Made by a program: the position numbers and the translations under genes
Shown here: one piece after another, positions 11,664-25,600 of the stretch
Layout: every line of letters starts with the position of its first letter
How positions within the stretch are numbered: position 1 is the first letter of the stretch
Notes under the pieces: generated by a model
Database searches by the model: none
Told to the model about the DNA's origin: nothing
The model's input: the letters and a program-made list of their open reading frames with translations, nothing else
Assembly: GCA_043228905.1 (NCBI GenBank)
Contig: JBHGNT010000004.1
Location: 3,286,001 to 3,350,000 of the forward strand
Reading direction: 5' to 3'
Source: Azolla caroliniana
Lineage: Eukaryota; Plantae; Polypodiophyta
DNA: 64,000 nt

Positions 11664-14600
11664 TGAAGTACATCTGAGTTTCCTTCCCCTCTTCTCATTC
11701 GGTTATTTCTCGGTCCAAGGCCCCCGTGGTCCCGCCTCGTTCTCCACGCACACGCGTAACAATGTGACATATTTGGTGAACCCGACGTGAATAGGCGGCA
11801 GAGGAATAGAAAGATGAGAGGGTCGGATCTTGCAGAAGCCATGGCTTCGGTTGTGGATCGGATAGTGAGTGCGCGCGAAGGCACAGGCGCCCTCGATAGG
11901 GCTATTGAAGCAGTTGTCGGCACAATAGGCCGGTTCGGTGGGAAGGAAGCCACGAGCTATTTGGAGGCTTACTGAGCTGAAATGGTGATGAGGGACCTCT
12001 CGGAGGACAGGCGACTGGCCGGATTCCCTCGGGTGGCGATGCCGAGCATCCACGCGGAGGTGCTTGAGGTACGGGCTGAGAGTCGGACCTAGGAAGAGTT
12101 TGAAGGTCGGCTCCTTGAAAGATACAAGCTTTATGACGCGCTTCGGCTATCGAAGCGGGAGTTCATGGAATGGGTGGAGACCCCCGAAAAGGGGAGAAAC
12201 GCATCGGTGCTCCTTCGGGAGTTTGAAGAACGCTTTGCACGTCTTTCGGCGCTGGACCGAACCGTACTGGACACAAGTCGTGTCCTATTGTTCGTTAAAT
12301 CGGTGGATGTAAGGGACCGGGAGCAAGTGGGCTTCCTGCTGGAGACCGATGATGGCCTAACAACTGACTGGGCCGTGGTAAAGAGAGTCAGTGGCCATTT
12401 TGACAAACGGTGTGAGTGGGTCGATAAAGGCTTGATGGGGACGGGTTTTGTTGCGACAAGGAAGGTCGAGGTTCCCCCACCGGCGCGAAAGGAAGAGACC
12501 CGAGACTGGCTTGAGACCGGCTCGACTTTGACCAGCATGGTCAAAGGCTCGTCCGGAGGAGCGGCTCTGGAGGAGCTGACTCAGATGGTGAGGGACCTCC
12601 AGATTGCACAAGCACGGAGGGACGGTGGTGAACAAGTCCGTGACTAAAGGCCTCTGGTTGGGAACTGGTGCTTGTGGTGCGACGCGGTCGGCCACGCTCG
12701 AAAGGACTGCGGGGACTTCGCCGAAGCGATAAGAGCTAACATGGTGTACCTATGGAATGGTCGGGTGCACGCTAGCGAGACCCGAAGGGCCCTGGATCTG
12801 AATGTCCGATGAGGGGGTATGAAACGGCTGATGGAGGAAGCGGCGACTCGCCACGCGGAGACCGTCCACTACTCGGTGTCGGCTGGAATCCGGGTCGGAA
12901 GTGATGAAGTCTGGGAGACAAAAGAAGCCGGATTCTGGCCGTTGATGTTGGAAGGCCTCATCGGTGTACGGCTGAGGAAAGAGGAAGTGGACCGCACGGA
13001 AAGACGGGTCTGGGAGGTAACCGGGTGGAGTGACCCGGTCGAAGCGAAGACGGGTTTCGTGGAAGCTGCGTGCCAGAACTATGAGGTTCTAGTGGAAGAC
13101 AAGCGGACAAGGCCAAGAAGGCCGATTATCGGTTGAGCACAGAGTTCAAAAGGACCACAGACCTACGAAAGGTCCTGGAGGAACGGATCCTCGACAACAA
13201 AGTGGAGTTGTCGCTGAGGGAAGTGCTCGGTATCGCCAAGAAGGAGTTCCACAACTCCATCGTAGACTTGGTGAAGCGGAAAAGGCTTTCAATGGAGCCG
13301 AAGCCGGAGAAGCCGATGGAGGTGCGAATGACGCACCTAGAAGACATGGCCCTGGAGGACGAATTGGCAGAAAGCCACTACTCGAGGCCACATTGGGCTA
13401 GGGCCACTACGGAAACCCCTGTTCGGATCGGGGACGTCCAGGGGTACCATAGGTAGGAAATTTTGGTTCTCCGATAGCGGAGGTTGTACGATAGTCGGCG
13501 TAGTTGGCCGGGAAAAGAAGCGGGTGGAGGAGTGACTTCGGGCATGCGAAGTCCTCAGCCCTGAAGAGGAAATCAATGGAGCCGTGGAGGTGGTCTCTTT
13601 TGACGACACCTTAGGGAAGTTACGGGAGGTGTTCGAAGAAGGCCTTAATGAGGACCAAACGATTCCGGTATGTTCGGAAAAGATGTAAGAAGTCGTTGCC
13701 GACTTCGGTAATGGACTCGAGTCGAATCGGACGGCCTGAGTGGATACAAAGTACAAGACTATGGACCGGAAGGTGAGGCCAGTTGCGGCACCTTTTCCGG
13801 AGGGTAGCGAGTTACGGATAAAGGGGGTTGCGTCAGACCCAAGTTTACGAGATCCGGACAACATTGGATACACGTTCACCGACATAATGCTACACGAGCT
13901 CAAGATCGGTGGGGGTGGCTTTCTACTGCCGACGGAAGAGGACTGGTTTTGGAGAATGCTCGGGAGGCACGGGAAGGCTTTTGCATTCTTGCCGGAGGAG
14001 ATCGTGTGCGTACCACCGGTTGTGGAACTAATGGTGATCTTCACGGTACCGCATGTGCCGTGGAATCTCAAACCGATTCCAGTATCCAGAGTTCACATCC
14101 CGAAGCTGATGGAGCTGCTGAAACAGAAGGTGGAAATGGGCATCCTTGAACCATCGAGTGCCCCATATTCGAATCGGTGGTTTACAGTGCCAAAGAAGAA
14201 TGACAAACTACGCTTCATACAGGACCTATAGCCGGTCAACAAGGTGACCATTCAAAACGCATGTATCGGACCAACCAATGATGAGTTCGCGGAGGCCTTC
14301 ACAGGGAGGTCGATCTACTCGGTCGGGGATCTGTACTCAGGGTACGATCAGTTCCAACTAGCCGTAGAGAGCAGGGATGTCACGACGATGCAGACTCCTC
14401 TTGGCCTAGTTCGGATGTGTACCTTACCGCAAGGGGGAACTAACTCGGTGGCGCACATGGTGAATGCGATGAACAAGGTGTTGAGGGACTGCATCCCGGA
14501 CATCACCATGCCGTTTTTGGACGACATCCCGATCAAAGGATGTCCGGTGGAGGCCAAGGACGAGTCGATCGGGCCCGACGGTTGCCGGAGGTTCGTGATG

Positions 14601-15319
14601 GATCACATCCGCGATTGCGAGAAGGTGCTACAAAGACTCGGGAGAGCGCGGCTCACCTTCTCTGGAGAAAAATCAACCTTCGGACAGCCGGAGATCCTAG
14701 TAGTCGGACACCTGTGCGGGCCTTACGGTCGGAAGCCGTCCCCGGCGAAGGTAAAAGCCATCTCCGCGATGAAGGATGATTGCGGGTCGGTCACGGAGGT
14801 CTGAAGGATCCTGGGGGCATGTGCGTTCTATCAGATTTGGATTCCGCACTACGCGCATGTCGCGGAACCGCTTAAAGGGTTGCTGGAGAAAGGGCGTAAA
14901 TTAGGGTGGAGAGACTAGCACACGGAGTCGGTCCGGAGACTGAAGGAGGCACTCGCCGCGGCACCGGTTCTTCGGAAAGCGGTTTACGGCAAGGAAGTCC
15001 CCATTTACGTGACGGTGGACACGAGCCCCACCGGGATTAGGTGGGTGATCAATCAGGAAGACGAAGACGGCGTACGGTTCCTGATCCGGTTCAGGGCAAA
15101 GGTATTAATCGATCGGCAGCGAGGATATGCCCAAATCAAGCGCGAGCTATGGGGTATCATTTCGGCAGTCAAGGCCGACAAGGACTATCTGATCGAGACG
15201 GAAGTTATCATCGAGACGGACTGCCTACCGATTTTGGGTATGGTTTCCGGATGCAGACTCCGGACCTGGCGATGCTCAAGCGGATCGCATACATCAAGTC
15301 CCTGAACCCGGAGATACGG
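11664..15319 (+). mobile_element. Degenerate copy of the tRNA-Trp-primed gypsy: LTR end (to 11769), PBS, gag, partial pol (RT-RH)
   Basis: PBS at 11774-11790. Colinear with 31143-35280 but with many stops and internal deletions (protease region missing near 13440). Confidence 0.9.
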
Positions 15320-18300
15320 TGTCGTGGAGAAAACCATCCCTAGGCGGAATCGGAGAATATCGGGAGAATCGGCGGTGTGCAACATGTGCACTCACCCTTG
15401 TATAAACGTGTGAATAGTAGGAGTCAAGTCGGGACAGAGAATCCCATATAAGTCAGGATTTATCCGACATTGTAACGCATCCCTCTCCTTGTTCTAGAGA
15501 AGGAAGGGAGCGCCCTTTGTGAAGGGGTTGCCCATTTTTGCATTCGTAGGGTATACCGTTAGAGGAAGAAACGTTCTCTCTTCCTCTTTCTTTCCTCTCG
15601 TTTACGGTTTCATTTCTTTTCTCTGCTTCTTCTTTGTCGTTTTGAGTATCGTGCCTTGGCATCTCGTGTTCCTATTTTCTGCCCGTTCTCTGTGCAAGAC
15701 CCCACTCGACACGACAAGCCCGAGAGCTCCTTGACCGGCGGCTTGGCAGTAGATGACTGTTGTAACCTGAGCTACTTAGGTCGAGCTCGATGCCAATATT
15801 GTATCTTAATCATGTAATATATGTGTGGAGGGTTCTGCGTATCGGTATCTGTGTGGGTGTTTTGGCGTCCTCTTACCTCCGTTTCTGTACATAAGGGCGT
15901 GAGTCGGGTCGGCGTGGTGTGTGTGTGTGGGTGTGAGTTGGTGTCAAGTGCGCTCTCTCTCTCTTTCTCTCTCCCGTTCGGTTGCTTCCGGAACGCGTTC
16001 GGAATCGTCTTCTCGGCTTCCCTTCTTCCCTCGTCCGAGATCCCCATGGTCCCGCCCTTCTACATGCACGCGCGTAATAATGCGACATCTTTGGTGAACC
16101 CGACGTGAAGGGTGGCAAGGGAGAATGGAGTTGGAAGAAGACGACTTCGCGCAACTTTTCGTCGAAGCGGTGAGGGAGTTTGGACGAGAGACAGCAAGAC
16201 GAGAGTCGGCGTAGCGAGTGGTCGAAAGAGTCGGCCGTTTCAACGGGGACAAAGTCCCATCTTACTTGGAAGCCTACAACGCAGAAATGGAGGAGCGAGA
16301 CGTGGACGAAGCGTTGAGGTTGGAGTTCTTCTGTCGGGCTGTCCCTGTCCGTATGCACGCGGAAGTGAAGGAGCTCCGAGAAGCTCATAGTTTGTGGGAG
16401 GCCTTTGAAGAGGCGCTCCTGTAGGCATATGGAGGACGGCGGAAGAGCTGGGGACGACACGACTTCGACCAGTGGGTAGCATCGGCAAAGACCCACCGGA
16501 GCGCAACAAAGGCGTTCCGAGAGTTCGAGCGACGGCTTGCTCGGCTCCCGGAGCGGGAACAAGGTTTGGTGGGGGCGGACAGAGTCCTATTGTTCGTCAG
16601 GTCGATCGACCGAGCGGAACGGGAAGCCATCGGGATTGAGCTCGAAGACGATGACGGAGCGAATGGGCTTACCGAGGACTGGTCGAAGGTCGGAAGGGTG
16701 TGCCAAAGGCTAGATGATGAGCGAGCCGAGAAGGCTAAGAGGTAGGCGCGCGACGGCGTGCCATCACAGCGGGAAGAGGCCGAACGGCAAAGAGAGTCGG
16801 CAAGGGTCGGCGTTGGGGCCAGGATTGCGGAGGCATACGCAGCTCTCGAGGCGATGCTGGAGGAAGAGGAGAGATCGAGGCCACAAGGCGAGACTGAGGA
16901 GACGGACTTGCCCCGCTCGATGACAGGAGATCGGTACGACGGTACCACGGGAGAGGGCGCGGAACAAAACGCCCTCTCGACTTGAGGAGAATTGTCGACT
17001 GAGGACAAGGTCAGGAGCGGAGAAAAGCCCTCCACGTGGATTCCGGAGACTCTGGTGGTCGAGCCCGTGTGCCGACATGAGACCGGAGAGAAGGAAGGCG
17101 CAGACGAGGAGTCCTGGCATGATGCCGACGAAGAGGGATGGGAAACGGCCTACGAGGAGGCCAAGGATGGAGGCGACACGGAAAGATTGGTATTCCGATT
17201 CGAATGGAGCGTGATCCAGATGTGGATGACTCGACTGAAACCGACCCAAGGCGTGAAAGACCAGGGACAGGCTATACAGCCCGATCGGTAGGGCTCGGTT
17301 CGGTACAATAGTGCCGACGCGGAAGAGGGTGCGAAACAAATCGCCCTCTTTTACATGAGGACACAAACCGGCCAGGAGAAGGCCGCAAGTTGGGAAGCTA
17401 GCGATCGAGTTTGCGGAGAGAGACCGGCAGGTTTCGGACACCGCTGCCTGAAACTCCGGACATTGGAGAATCAAGTGCAGGCGGCACTTGATCGATCGAA
17501 GTCCAGATGCTTCTCACCGAACGTGCTTGGGGAGTGGTAGCCCGAAGAAGCATCCACAAATCATTACGAGACGGAAACACCACGTCTTATCCGGAGACTC
17601 AGGCAGCCGGCAACGAGCGCTGGCGTGAGACCTGGAGTGAAGGGAGACGGAGGCGAGTACGCGAGAAGGAGAGCGACGACGAGTTCGGGAGAAGTACAAA
17701 GGATGAAGAGGAGAATGAAGACCGGTCCTATAGAGATCCTCACACCGATCCGGCTGTCGGCCTGAGTGCCGGCGTGAGTCCTATAGAAGAGGTCGGTGGC
17801 GACAGGAGAACGTGACCCGGCAATCCAGAGAATGACGAACGGACCTGGACGAGAACCGGGTGGAGCGGACTCCTGGACAACCATTCCGGGAGGGAGGAAG
17901 AGAGCAGGCCTACGAAGAGGCCGAGAACACGGTACGTCGGTACCACGGGGGACGGTGCAGAGCAAACCGCCCTCTCGGCTTGCGAGAGAAGGAAGACCCA
18001 GGATAAGGGTCAGAGATATGATGAGCCGAAGGAGGATCCTTCACACCGGATCTAGAGACTTTGGCAGTCGGCAACGCGGTCAACGGAAGACCAAGATACT
18101 GATGGTGGTGGCAAGGGGACGAAGGCAAAGAACTAAGAACGGGCGGTCTACGGAGATCCTCACACCGATCTAGCGGCGTGAGTCCTTTAGGACAGGTCGG
18201 TGGCGGCAGGTGAACGTGACCAGACGGTGCTGTAGAGACCTTACACGCACCGGTTCTAGAGACTTTGGCGGTCGGCCCGAGAGCCGATGTGAGACCTAGA

Positions 18301-20137
18301 GTGAAGAACGGTGGCCACGTCAATGCGGGCAAACAAAGGTCCCACGAAGATCCTCACACCGATCCAGAGGTCGGCCCGAGAGCCGGCGTGAGTCCTATAG
18401 GAAAGGACGGTGGCAGCAAGTGAATGTGTTCGGACGACGAAAAGCAGAGAAGGAAGGTATCAGACCGGCGAAGCGGCTACGAACCGAATCAGACCGACCA
18501 GCGAGGTCACGGGCATAAGGAAGTCCGGTCCTATGGGATCCCCACACCGAACCAGAGACTCTGGCAGTTCGGCCAACATGGCAACATGAGACCGAGAGAG
18601 AAGGTTGGTGGCGGTGGGAAACGGGACCCACCTATGCGGAAGACACGAGGAGAGTCGCGAAGGACTATGACAAAAGACACCCCGAATTTCGGCAAGCAGA
18701 GAAACGGAGTTCGGTCCTATGGGATTCTCACACCGATCCGGAGACTCTGGCAATTCGGCCAACGTGGCAACGTGAGACCTAGGGAAAAGGACGGTGGCGG
18801 CAGGGAACGGGACCGGGCGACACCAGATAGCGGATCGGGAGTCAGTAAGACGGGGCGGACGAAGTGCGAAACCCTTACCGACCAGTTACGGTTTCAGAAG
18901 GAGCCGGTAGGGGCAAACACGGGGAGGTGTGTTGGGCCGGAAAGGCACATTGTTCCGGAGACCATGGCGGTTTGAGCCGACGTGGTGACGTAAGACCATG
19001 GAGAAGGGAGGTGGCAGCGAGAGGAGCGGGAAGGCAATGCGAAACATGGGACGGCAATCAGGACAACACGAATGGTCGACGGAGGCCAAGCGGGCCACTA
19101 CGGGCGTTCCTCAAGCGGAGGGCATCGGGCATATGGTGGAGAGTGGGGCGTGCATTTGGCTAGGCGAAGGGCCAACGACGAAGCACGCATACTACGGGGC
19201 CACGACGAACGACCTATTGGCGGGACGAATGAGCTTACAGAGAGGCAAGTGGCACGAGGATGAACCGGTCCAAAGCGAATGGCGATCCGGAGGACGAAGG
19301 GTAAGCGCGGGCCGGTCTTCTCCGGCAAAAGGTCTATTTTGGAGCATACCGGTGGATGCGCGGTTAGGTGGGGGCAGATGTCGTGGAGAAAACCGTCCCT
19401 AGGCGGAATCGGAGAATATTGGGAGAATCGGTGGTGTGCAACATGTGCACTCACCCTTGTATAAATGTGTGAATAGTAGAAGTCAAGTCGGGACAGAGAA
19501 TCCCTTGTAAGTCAGGATTTATCCGACATTGTAACGCATCCCTCTCCTTGTTCTAGAAAAGGAAGGGAGCGCCCTTTGTGAAGGGATTGCCCATTTTTGC
19601 ATTCGTAGGGTATACCATTGTCGCGTTGCTATGCGCGTGCGTGGAAAAGGGTGGGACCACAGGGGTCTTGGACTAAGGAGTAGAGGAGAAGGAATCAGAC
19701 ATGGAATGGAAGCTTTGCTCAAGAAGAAGAAGAATGAACTCTTGATTAGATTGAACAAGAGGAAGATGGAGAAAAGATGATCAACAAGATGTATTGAAAC
19801 GAAATGAACGATTATAAAATGGTGGCCGCATAGGCCACACCAAACGACTACTCGAAACCCTAACCGATGAAGATGAAGATAAAGATAAAGAAACCCTAAC
19901 CCTAACCCTAACGCTCGACCTATGTGGTATATCTCGCACACTCAAAATAGGCAACCCCCACAATGGTGCCTTCCCTCTCCTTTTATAGCACAAGGAGGGA
20001 AGACTGTTTACAAAAGTGAGACTAAAATATCCCCTTTCATTCAAAGGGGATATTTGCCTTGATTTGGGGAGGGTGAGATTGATGGCCCCTTAACTCCCAC
20101 CTCCACACAAACAACTAGGTACCTATGTACCGCATAG

Positions 20138-20179
<42 letters not shown>

Positions 20180-20585
20180 GTGGATGTGCGCACAAGACCA
20201 CATCACCTTTATACCTTAGGGATCCTATGGGGCATTTCTAGCACCATAGATTTTACCCTTATTACTATTACAAATACATTATGTACGTATGCAACGTTGC
20301 ACATCGCTCTTTGGCTCTCGTTGCTCGGGTTTCCGCTTGTGGACGAAAATCTTCACGACACCGTTAGAGGAAGAAACGTTCTCTCTTCCTCTTTCTTTCC
20401 TCTCGTTTACGGTTTCGTTTCTTTTCTCTGCTTCTTCGTATTTGTTGTTCTGGGTATCGAGCCTTGGCATCTCGTGTTCCTGTTTCCTGAACACGTCCGG
20501 AATTGTCTTCTCGGCTTCCCTTCTTCCCTCATCCGAGACCCCCGTGGTCCCACCCTTCTACACGCACGCGCGAAACTTCGAGACA
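15320..20585 (+). mobile_element. Non-autonomous (LARD-like) gypsy element: 5' LTR 15320-16087, PBS-Trp, internal region, integrase tail and PPT-like site, 3' LTR 19379-20585 (interrupted)
   Basis: The two LTRs match closely over their first ~240 bp. 19090-19378 matches the end of the intact pol and gcggttaggtgggggc. No RT or RNase H. A TSD could not be confirmed. Confidence 0.8.
19619..20360 (-). mobile_element. Gypsy solo LTR inserted in the 3' LTR of the previous element
   Basis: Reverse complement begins TGTCGTGAAGA..CCACAAG like 30426 and ends ..GCGACA. Flanked by ccat/ccgt (4-bp TSD, 1 mismatch). The empty site tataccgttagagg is seen at ~15552. Contains (CT)n at 20140-20177. Confidence 0.8.
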
Positions 20586-22686
20586 CCGGTGTGAAGGATC
20601 CTTCTCAAGCCTCTAATCCATCTCGACCCTGTCCCGGGTCGTCCTTCTCCGCATGTCGAGAGGGTGGCTCGCTCCACACCCTCTCCCATTATCGTGTTGT
20701 TATGCTCTTGCGTGTGAAATGAGGCGGGACTGCGGGGGCCCTGAACCAAGGAGCGTGGGAAAGAAGGAGGAGAGCGACTCACAAAAACACAGGGAGAGAG
20801 ACGGGAACAGAAGATTCAATTACAATGTCAACAACGATTACAACTGGCAAACCGGTAACAGACCCCGAACGGAGGTCCCATGCACACACACGGACGATAC
20901 AGAGAACGCATGGTGGAGCCTTTGCTGGAAGCACACGGGCTCACGCGCAGCAGAGGTAACCGACACAGAAACGTAGTGGAGAGCAACGGTGGAGGAGGAG
21001 AGAGCTTAATGTTTGCCTCCGGGTTGTACGCCGTACTGAGTGAGAGTTTAACCCCTAACCGTTCAAATAGCTCTTCGGCCTCTTGTGCATCCAGTTCTCC
21101 ACGGTCCGCTATGATCTTCCCTACACACCCATACCGACACACCACCTCCTCGATTAGCAACAGGCATACGACCGCGGTTGTCTTGTTTGGTAATGCTCGA
21201 CCCTCCACCTGGTTCTTCAGATCTTCTCGTGCTAGCACCAGGTACCACATTTGCCCTACCCCCATCGGCATCGTCACCAGATCCACCATCCACTTGAAGT
21301 GGATGGTCGGCGGATAATCCACCATCCACCAGACTATGGAATGCATCTGACAGCTTTCGCAAGTCGTTACGAACCAATACTTCTCCTTCAGCTTCTCGAA
21401 CGTGGCCCATGTCCCCTGGTGTCCGGCCCAAGGACTCTCGTGGTACACCATTAGCAATGCTTCCTGCTCCTCCTTCCTTGCCACCACCCGGAGTGGGACT
21501 CCATGTCGCTTGTTCGGGTGCTTCCATATGGTTCTGTCCTACAGGAAGAATCAATACGCTTTCTTCTGGATCCGGTTAGCCTCTTCCCTTGTCCACGCCG
21601 CTCCCGGCGTCATCGTCTTCAGGAACCCACCGATCTAGAGCCACTCCCCGTCGTACTTGCTTTCATCGAACTCTTTTCGGAGACCGCTTTTCGGAGAGCC
21701 GACGCTGCGGTAAGCGCCTCTTTTAACCTCCGGACCAATTCCATATGCTTGTCTCTCCATTTGAACTTTCGTCCTTTCTTTAGCAACCCGTAGAGCGGTT
21801 CCGCGACGTGTGCGTAGTGCGGGATCCAAATGTGATAGAACGTGCATGCCCCCAGGAACCTCCGCACCTCCGTAACCGACTCACATTCTTCCTTCATCGC
21901 GGAGATGGCCTCTACCTTTGCCGGAGACGGTTTCCGACCATAAGGCCCGCACAGGTGACCAACCAGAAGGATCTCTGACTGCCTGAAAGCCGACTTGTCT
22001 CTGGAGAGGGTGAGCCGCGCACCCTCTAGTCTTTGCAGTACCTTCTCGTAGTTGTCAATGTGGTATGCCACGAATCTCCGACATCCGTCCAGCCCAACCG
22101 TTTCATCCTTATCCTCCACTGGGCACCCCTTTATCGGTATATTGTTTAGAAATGGCATGGTGATGTCCGGGATGCAGTCCCTCAACACCTTGTTCATCGC
22201 ATTCACCATGTGCGCCACTGAGTTTGTCCCTCCTTGCGGCAGGGTACACATCTGCACTAAGCCGAGAGGTGTCCGCATCGTCATGACATCCCTGCTCTCC
22301 TCGGCTAGTTGGCACAAATAGATCCCCGACCGAATAGATCGACCTCCTGGCGAAGGCCTCTGCAAACTCGTCGATCGTCGGTCCAACTCCTGTGTTCCGA
22401 ATGGTCACTTTATTGACCGGCTGCAGGTTCTGAATGAGGCGCAACGTGCCGTTCTTCTTAGGCACGGTAAACCACCGATTCGAGTATGGGGCATTTGACG
22501 GTTCAAGGATGCCCATCTCCACTTTCTGCTTCAGTAGCTCCATTAGCTTTGGGATGTGAGCTCTAGGTACTGGAATCGGTTTGAGGTTCCACGGCACATG
22601 CGGTACCGTAAAAATAACCATCGGCTCAACGACCGTCAGGTCCACGCATCCGATCTATTCTGGCGAGAACGCGAAGGCCTTCCCGT
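20586..22686 (-). mobile_element. Inverted gypsy fragments: non-autonomous internal piece, LTR 3' half (~20690-21005), deleted pol (RT, integrase)
   Basis: ORFs 20828-21487, 21619-22386 and 22109-22645 are homologous to the intact pol. The sequence continues at 28137-28520 beyond the copia insertion. Confidence 0.85.
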
Positions 22687-25600
22687 TGTTGGAAGCAATG
22701 TCGTCTGTGCGGAAGATCGAGAAGCACTCGATTCCTGTTTATTCCCTGTGTATGACAGAATGTAGGTCGTTGCACAGAGAGAGAGAGAGAGGGAGAGAGA
22801 GAGACACAAAAAACTCTTTATTGCATAAACAAAGAATACAACAACCAACCTCACAAAGAGGTTACAAGGTCACTATATATAGTGACCGACTTAGGGCAAC
22901 TACCCTTTATGCTAATTACATAAATGGCCGAGACGGGATGGTGTGAATACGTCCATTATACACATGTATTCGACACTCCCCCGTAATGGGCGTATACATG
23001 GGTTATCTAAGATTACAGGTATAGACTTAGGTTCTCGGACATATCAGCTTTGTTCGAGTCGGCAGGATCCGAAGACAGAAGACCGAACTGGTCGGGTCGG
23101 AACAGTTGAAGCCGATCATTAAGGAGCTGATGTCGGTTGTCGGGAACCATCCTGCTCTGTGTCCGGCTCTAACCGGACTGGTTTGTCGTTACGCCCATCT
23201 GATGCCGAAGAGACCGAAAACGGTCTGCCGAGAGACATTTGGTCATTCCATCTGCGACATTATCGGTTGTAGATATTTTCTCTAGACCGATTTTCCCTGA
23301 AATGACGCAGTCCCGAACGAAGTGATATCGAACGTCGATATGTTTGGAGGCGTTGTGGTGAACCGGATTTTTCGACAAGGCAACAGCACCTTGACTGTCG
23401 CTGTAGACAACTGGAGCCGAGTCATGTTCGACTTGTCGAAACGTGTGCGCCAGCCGACCGAGCCACAAAGCTTCTTTTGCCGCGTCGGACGCAGCTACAT
23501 ATTCTGCTTCGGTCGTTGAGGTCGCTGTGCACTCCTGAAGTTTCGACTTCCACGAGATTGCTCCATTGCCGAATTTGAAGCAGTATCCGGTTGTTGATTT
23601 CCGACTGTCTATACAGCCGGCGAAGTCCGAGTCGGTGTAACCGACTACGCCTGAGGTTCGGTTCGGTCCGAAAAGAATGCCATGGTCTTTTGTGCCAACC
23701 AGATATCTGAACACATGCTTGACTGCGTTCCAATGCGATCGGCCAGGGTTGTGCATAAATCTGCTAACGACTCCTACGGCATGAGAGATATCAGGCCGTG
23801 TCGCGACCATCAGGTACATAAGGGAGCCGACTGCCGGTGCATACGGTACCGACTTCATATCTTCCCCCTCCGAACCGGATGTCGGGCAGTCTCGCTGAGA
23901 GAGCCGAAGATTCATGGGGAGCGGGGTTGAAGCAGATTTGGCTGATTGCATGTTGAAGCGTTCCAAGACACGTCCGATATAGTCGGTCTGAGACAAAAAA
24001 AGATGTCGTTTATCGCGATGCCGACTAATTTTCATGCCAAGGATGTGTCGTGCCGGACCGAGGTCCTTCATGGCAAACTTCAACCGCAGTTGCCGAACTA
24101 GATCGGAAAGTTCGCCCGCGTGGCGTCCAGAAATTAGCATGTCGTCCACGTAAATGATGAGGAAGATGGGTGATCCATCTCGAGCTGTGTTGGTGAAGAG
24201 ACAATGGTCCTCATCGCTTTTGGAGAAGCCGATTGATTGGATGAAGTCGTCGAACTTCTTGTACCATTGTCGCGGTGCCTGTTTGAGGCCGTATAGACTC
24301 TTCCTGAGTCGGCAGACTAGATGTTCTTGGCCAGTTGCCACGAAGCCTTTTGGCTGCTCCATATAAATTTCCTCCTCGAGATCACCATGGAGGAAGGCTG
24401 TTTTGACATCTAGCTGAATCAGCTCCAAGTTGTCGGCTGCCACGACGCCGAGCAGAAGACGAAGGGTTGTCATTTTCACCACTGGTGAAAAAATCTCGTC
24501 GAAGTCGACTCCATATTCTTGTCGGAAGCCCTTCGCAACTAATCTGGCCTTGTACTTTGGGGTGGTCGAATCAGACGTCTCTTTTAGTCGATAAACCCAC
24601 TTGCAAGGAAGAGCACGTCGGTTCCTAGGTAATTCGACCAGATCCCAAGTCTTGTTTGCCCGGATGGAGTGCATTTCCGACTCCATCGCCAGATGCCAGG
24701 TGGCCGAATCGACAGATGTCGATGCTTCTTCGTAAGACGTCGGTTCGCCGGCGTCGGTGAAGAAAATTCCAGGAGAATACCTCTCCGGAGGTTGCGACAG
24801 TCTCTCGGATCGTCGAGGTATGATTGGACTGGTCGCATCGGGTATCGTGGTCGGATGGTCCGAAACCGAATCATTCGGCTGTGCCGAGTCAGAGTTGTCC
24901 GAGTCGGTAGTATAAGGGTCAGCTACCCGTGAAGCTGACCGTGTGTTGAGAGCGGGGCCTTCTTGAAGGGTCGGCACATCGGAGAATGTTACCCTTCGGA
25001 CTTCGATCGGTTTGTCGACCGATGGATTCATAGCCGACTCGTTGAACACAACGTCCGAACTTCGAACGATTTGTCTGCGTTCGGGGTCCCAGAGTCGGTA
25101 TCCCATTTCGCCGTCTGATCCATATCCAAGGAAAATGCATTTCCTGGACCGAGGTGCAAGTTTTCGGCGATCATCTTTCGGAATAAGGGCGTACGCCTCG
25201 CATCCGAAGATCCTCAGCTTGTCGTAATTCGGCTTGCTGCCGATCCATAATTCCTGAGGAATTTGAAGTCCTAGAGGTCTACTTGGCGACATATTGATTA
25301 TGTGTACTGCCGTGAGTAGAGCCTCTGCCCAGAAGCCATCCGACAGTCCGGAGTGTTGGAGCATGGAAACTGTCCGTTCTTGGATTGTCCGATTCATTCG
25401 TTCTGCAATCCCGTTTTGCTCCGGACTGTGTGGTGCCGTAAGTTCACGTCGGATGCCGCGTTGTCGGCAGAATTTGACGAATTCTTCGGATTTAAACTCT
25501 CCCCCATTGTCTGTCCGAAAGCATTTCAGCTTTCGGTCGGTTTGATTTTCCACCATAGCGAGCCAATCTGAAAAGATCGAGAAGACACGATCTTTGGTGC

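Noticed and set aside
19891-19912. Interstitial telomere (CCCTAA)3
   Set aside because: Only three units inside a solo LTR, consistent with a telo-box-like or simple repeat.
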